A stretch of 64,000 nt of DNA from positions 358,732,001 to 358,796,000 of the forward strand of contig OZ024743.1 in NCBI GenBank assembly GCA_964016885.1. Reading direction: 5' to 3'. The first letter of the stretch is position 1. Every line of letters starts with the position of its first letter. Shown here in pieces: positions 63,926 through 64,000 of this stretch. The notes under the pieces were generated by a model. The model worked only from the letters and a program-made list of their open reading frames with translations. It was not told where the DNA came from and made no database searches. The position numbers were made by a program, and so were the translations under genes. Source of the DNA: Eledone cirrhosa. Taxonomy: Eukaryota.

Positions 63926-64000
63926 TTTTTTTGTGTTGTACCATAGAGCATGTGTGTTTACGTATGTCATTGTGTTTATATGTGGGTAGAGATGTGTGCT

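Overview
Eukaryotic, AT-rich and very repeat-dense animal DNA. The repeat mix (RTE LINEs with (GAT)n tails, one tRNA-derived SINE family, dense microsatellites) looks octopus/cephalopod-like; this is an inference. Two host genes sit head to head across about 300 bp. On the minus strand is a two-exon mitochondrial ribosomal protein L34 gene (MRPL34, 163 aa) with an unusual C-terminal extension. On the plus strand is SSR2/TRAP-beta (five coding exons, 193 aa), whose second coding-region intron is a 3.1-kb minor-spliceosome (U12-type) GT-AG intron. The rest is mostly decayed mobile DNA: many RTE LINE fragments with a PHD-like zinc finger inside the RT ORF, a complete Tigger/pogo element, a Helitron plus a Helitron-derived composite, Penelope-like elements, a near full-length Tx1/L1-like LINE lying in (AAT)n, an R4/Dong-like LINE, mariner, hAT and CRE remnants, and SINEs. 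The most notable non-coding signals are a cluster of hammerhead-ribozyme motifs at 40.4-42.9 kb, a candidate HDV-like ribozyme at the 5' end of the R4/Dong-like element, and two perfect long intronic hairpins. All calls were made by eye without database searches or folding software, so transposon boundaries are approximate unless termini are quoted.
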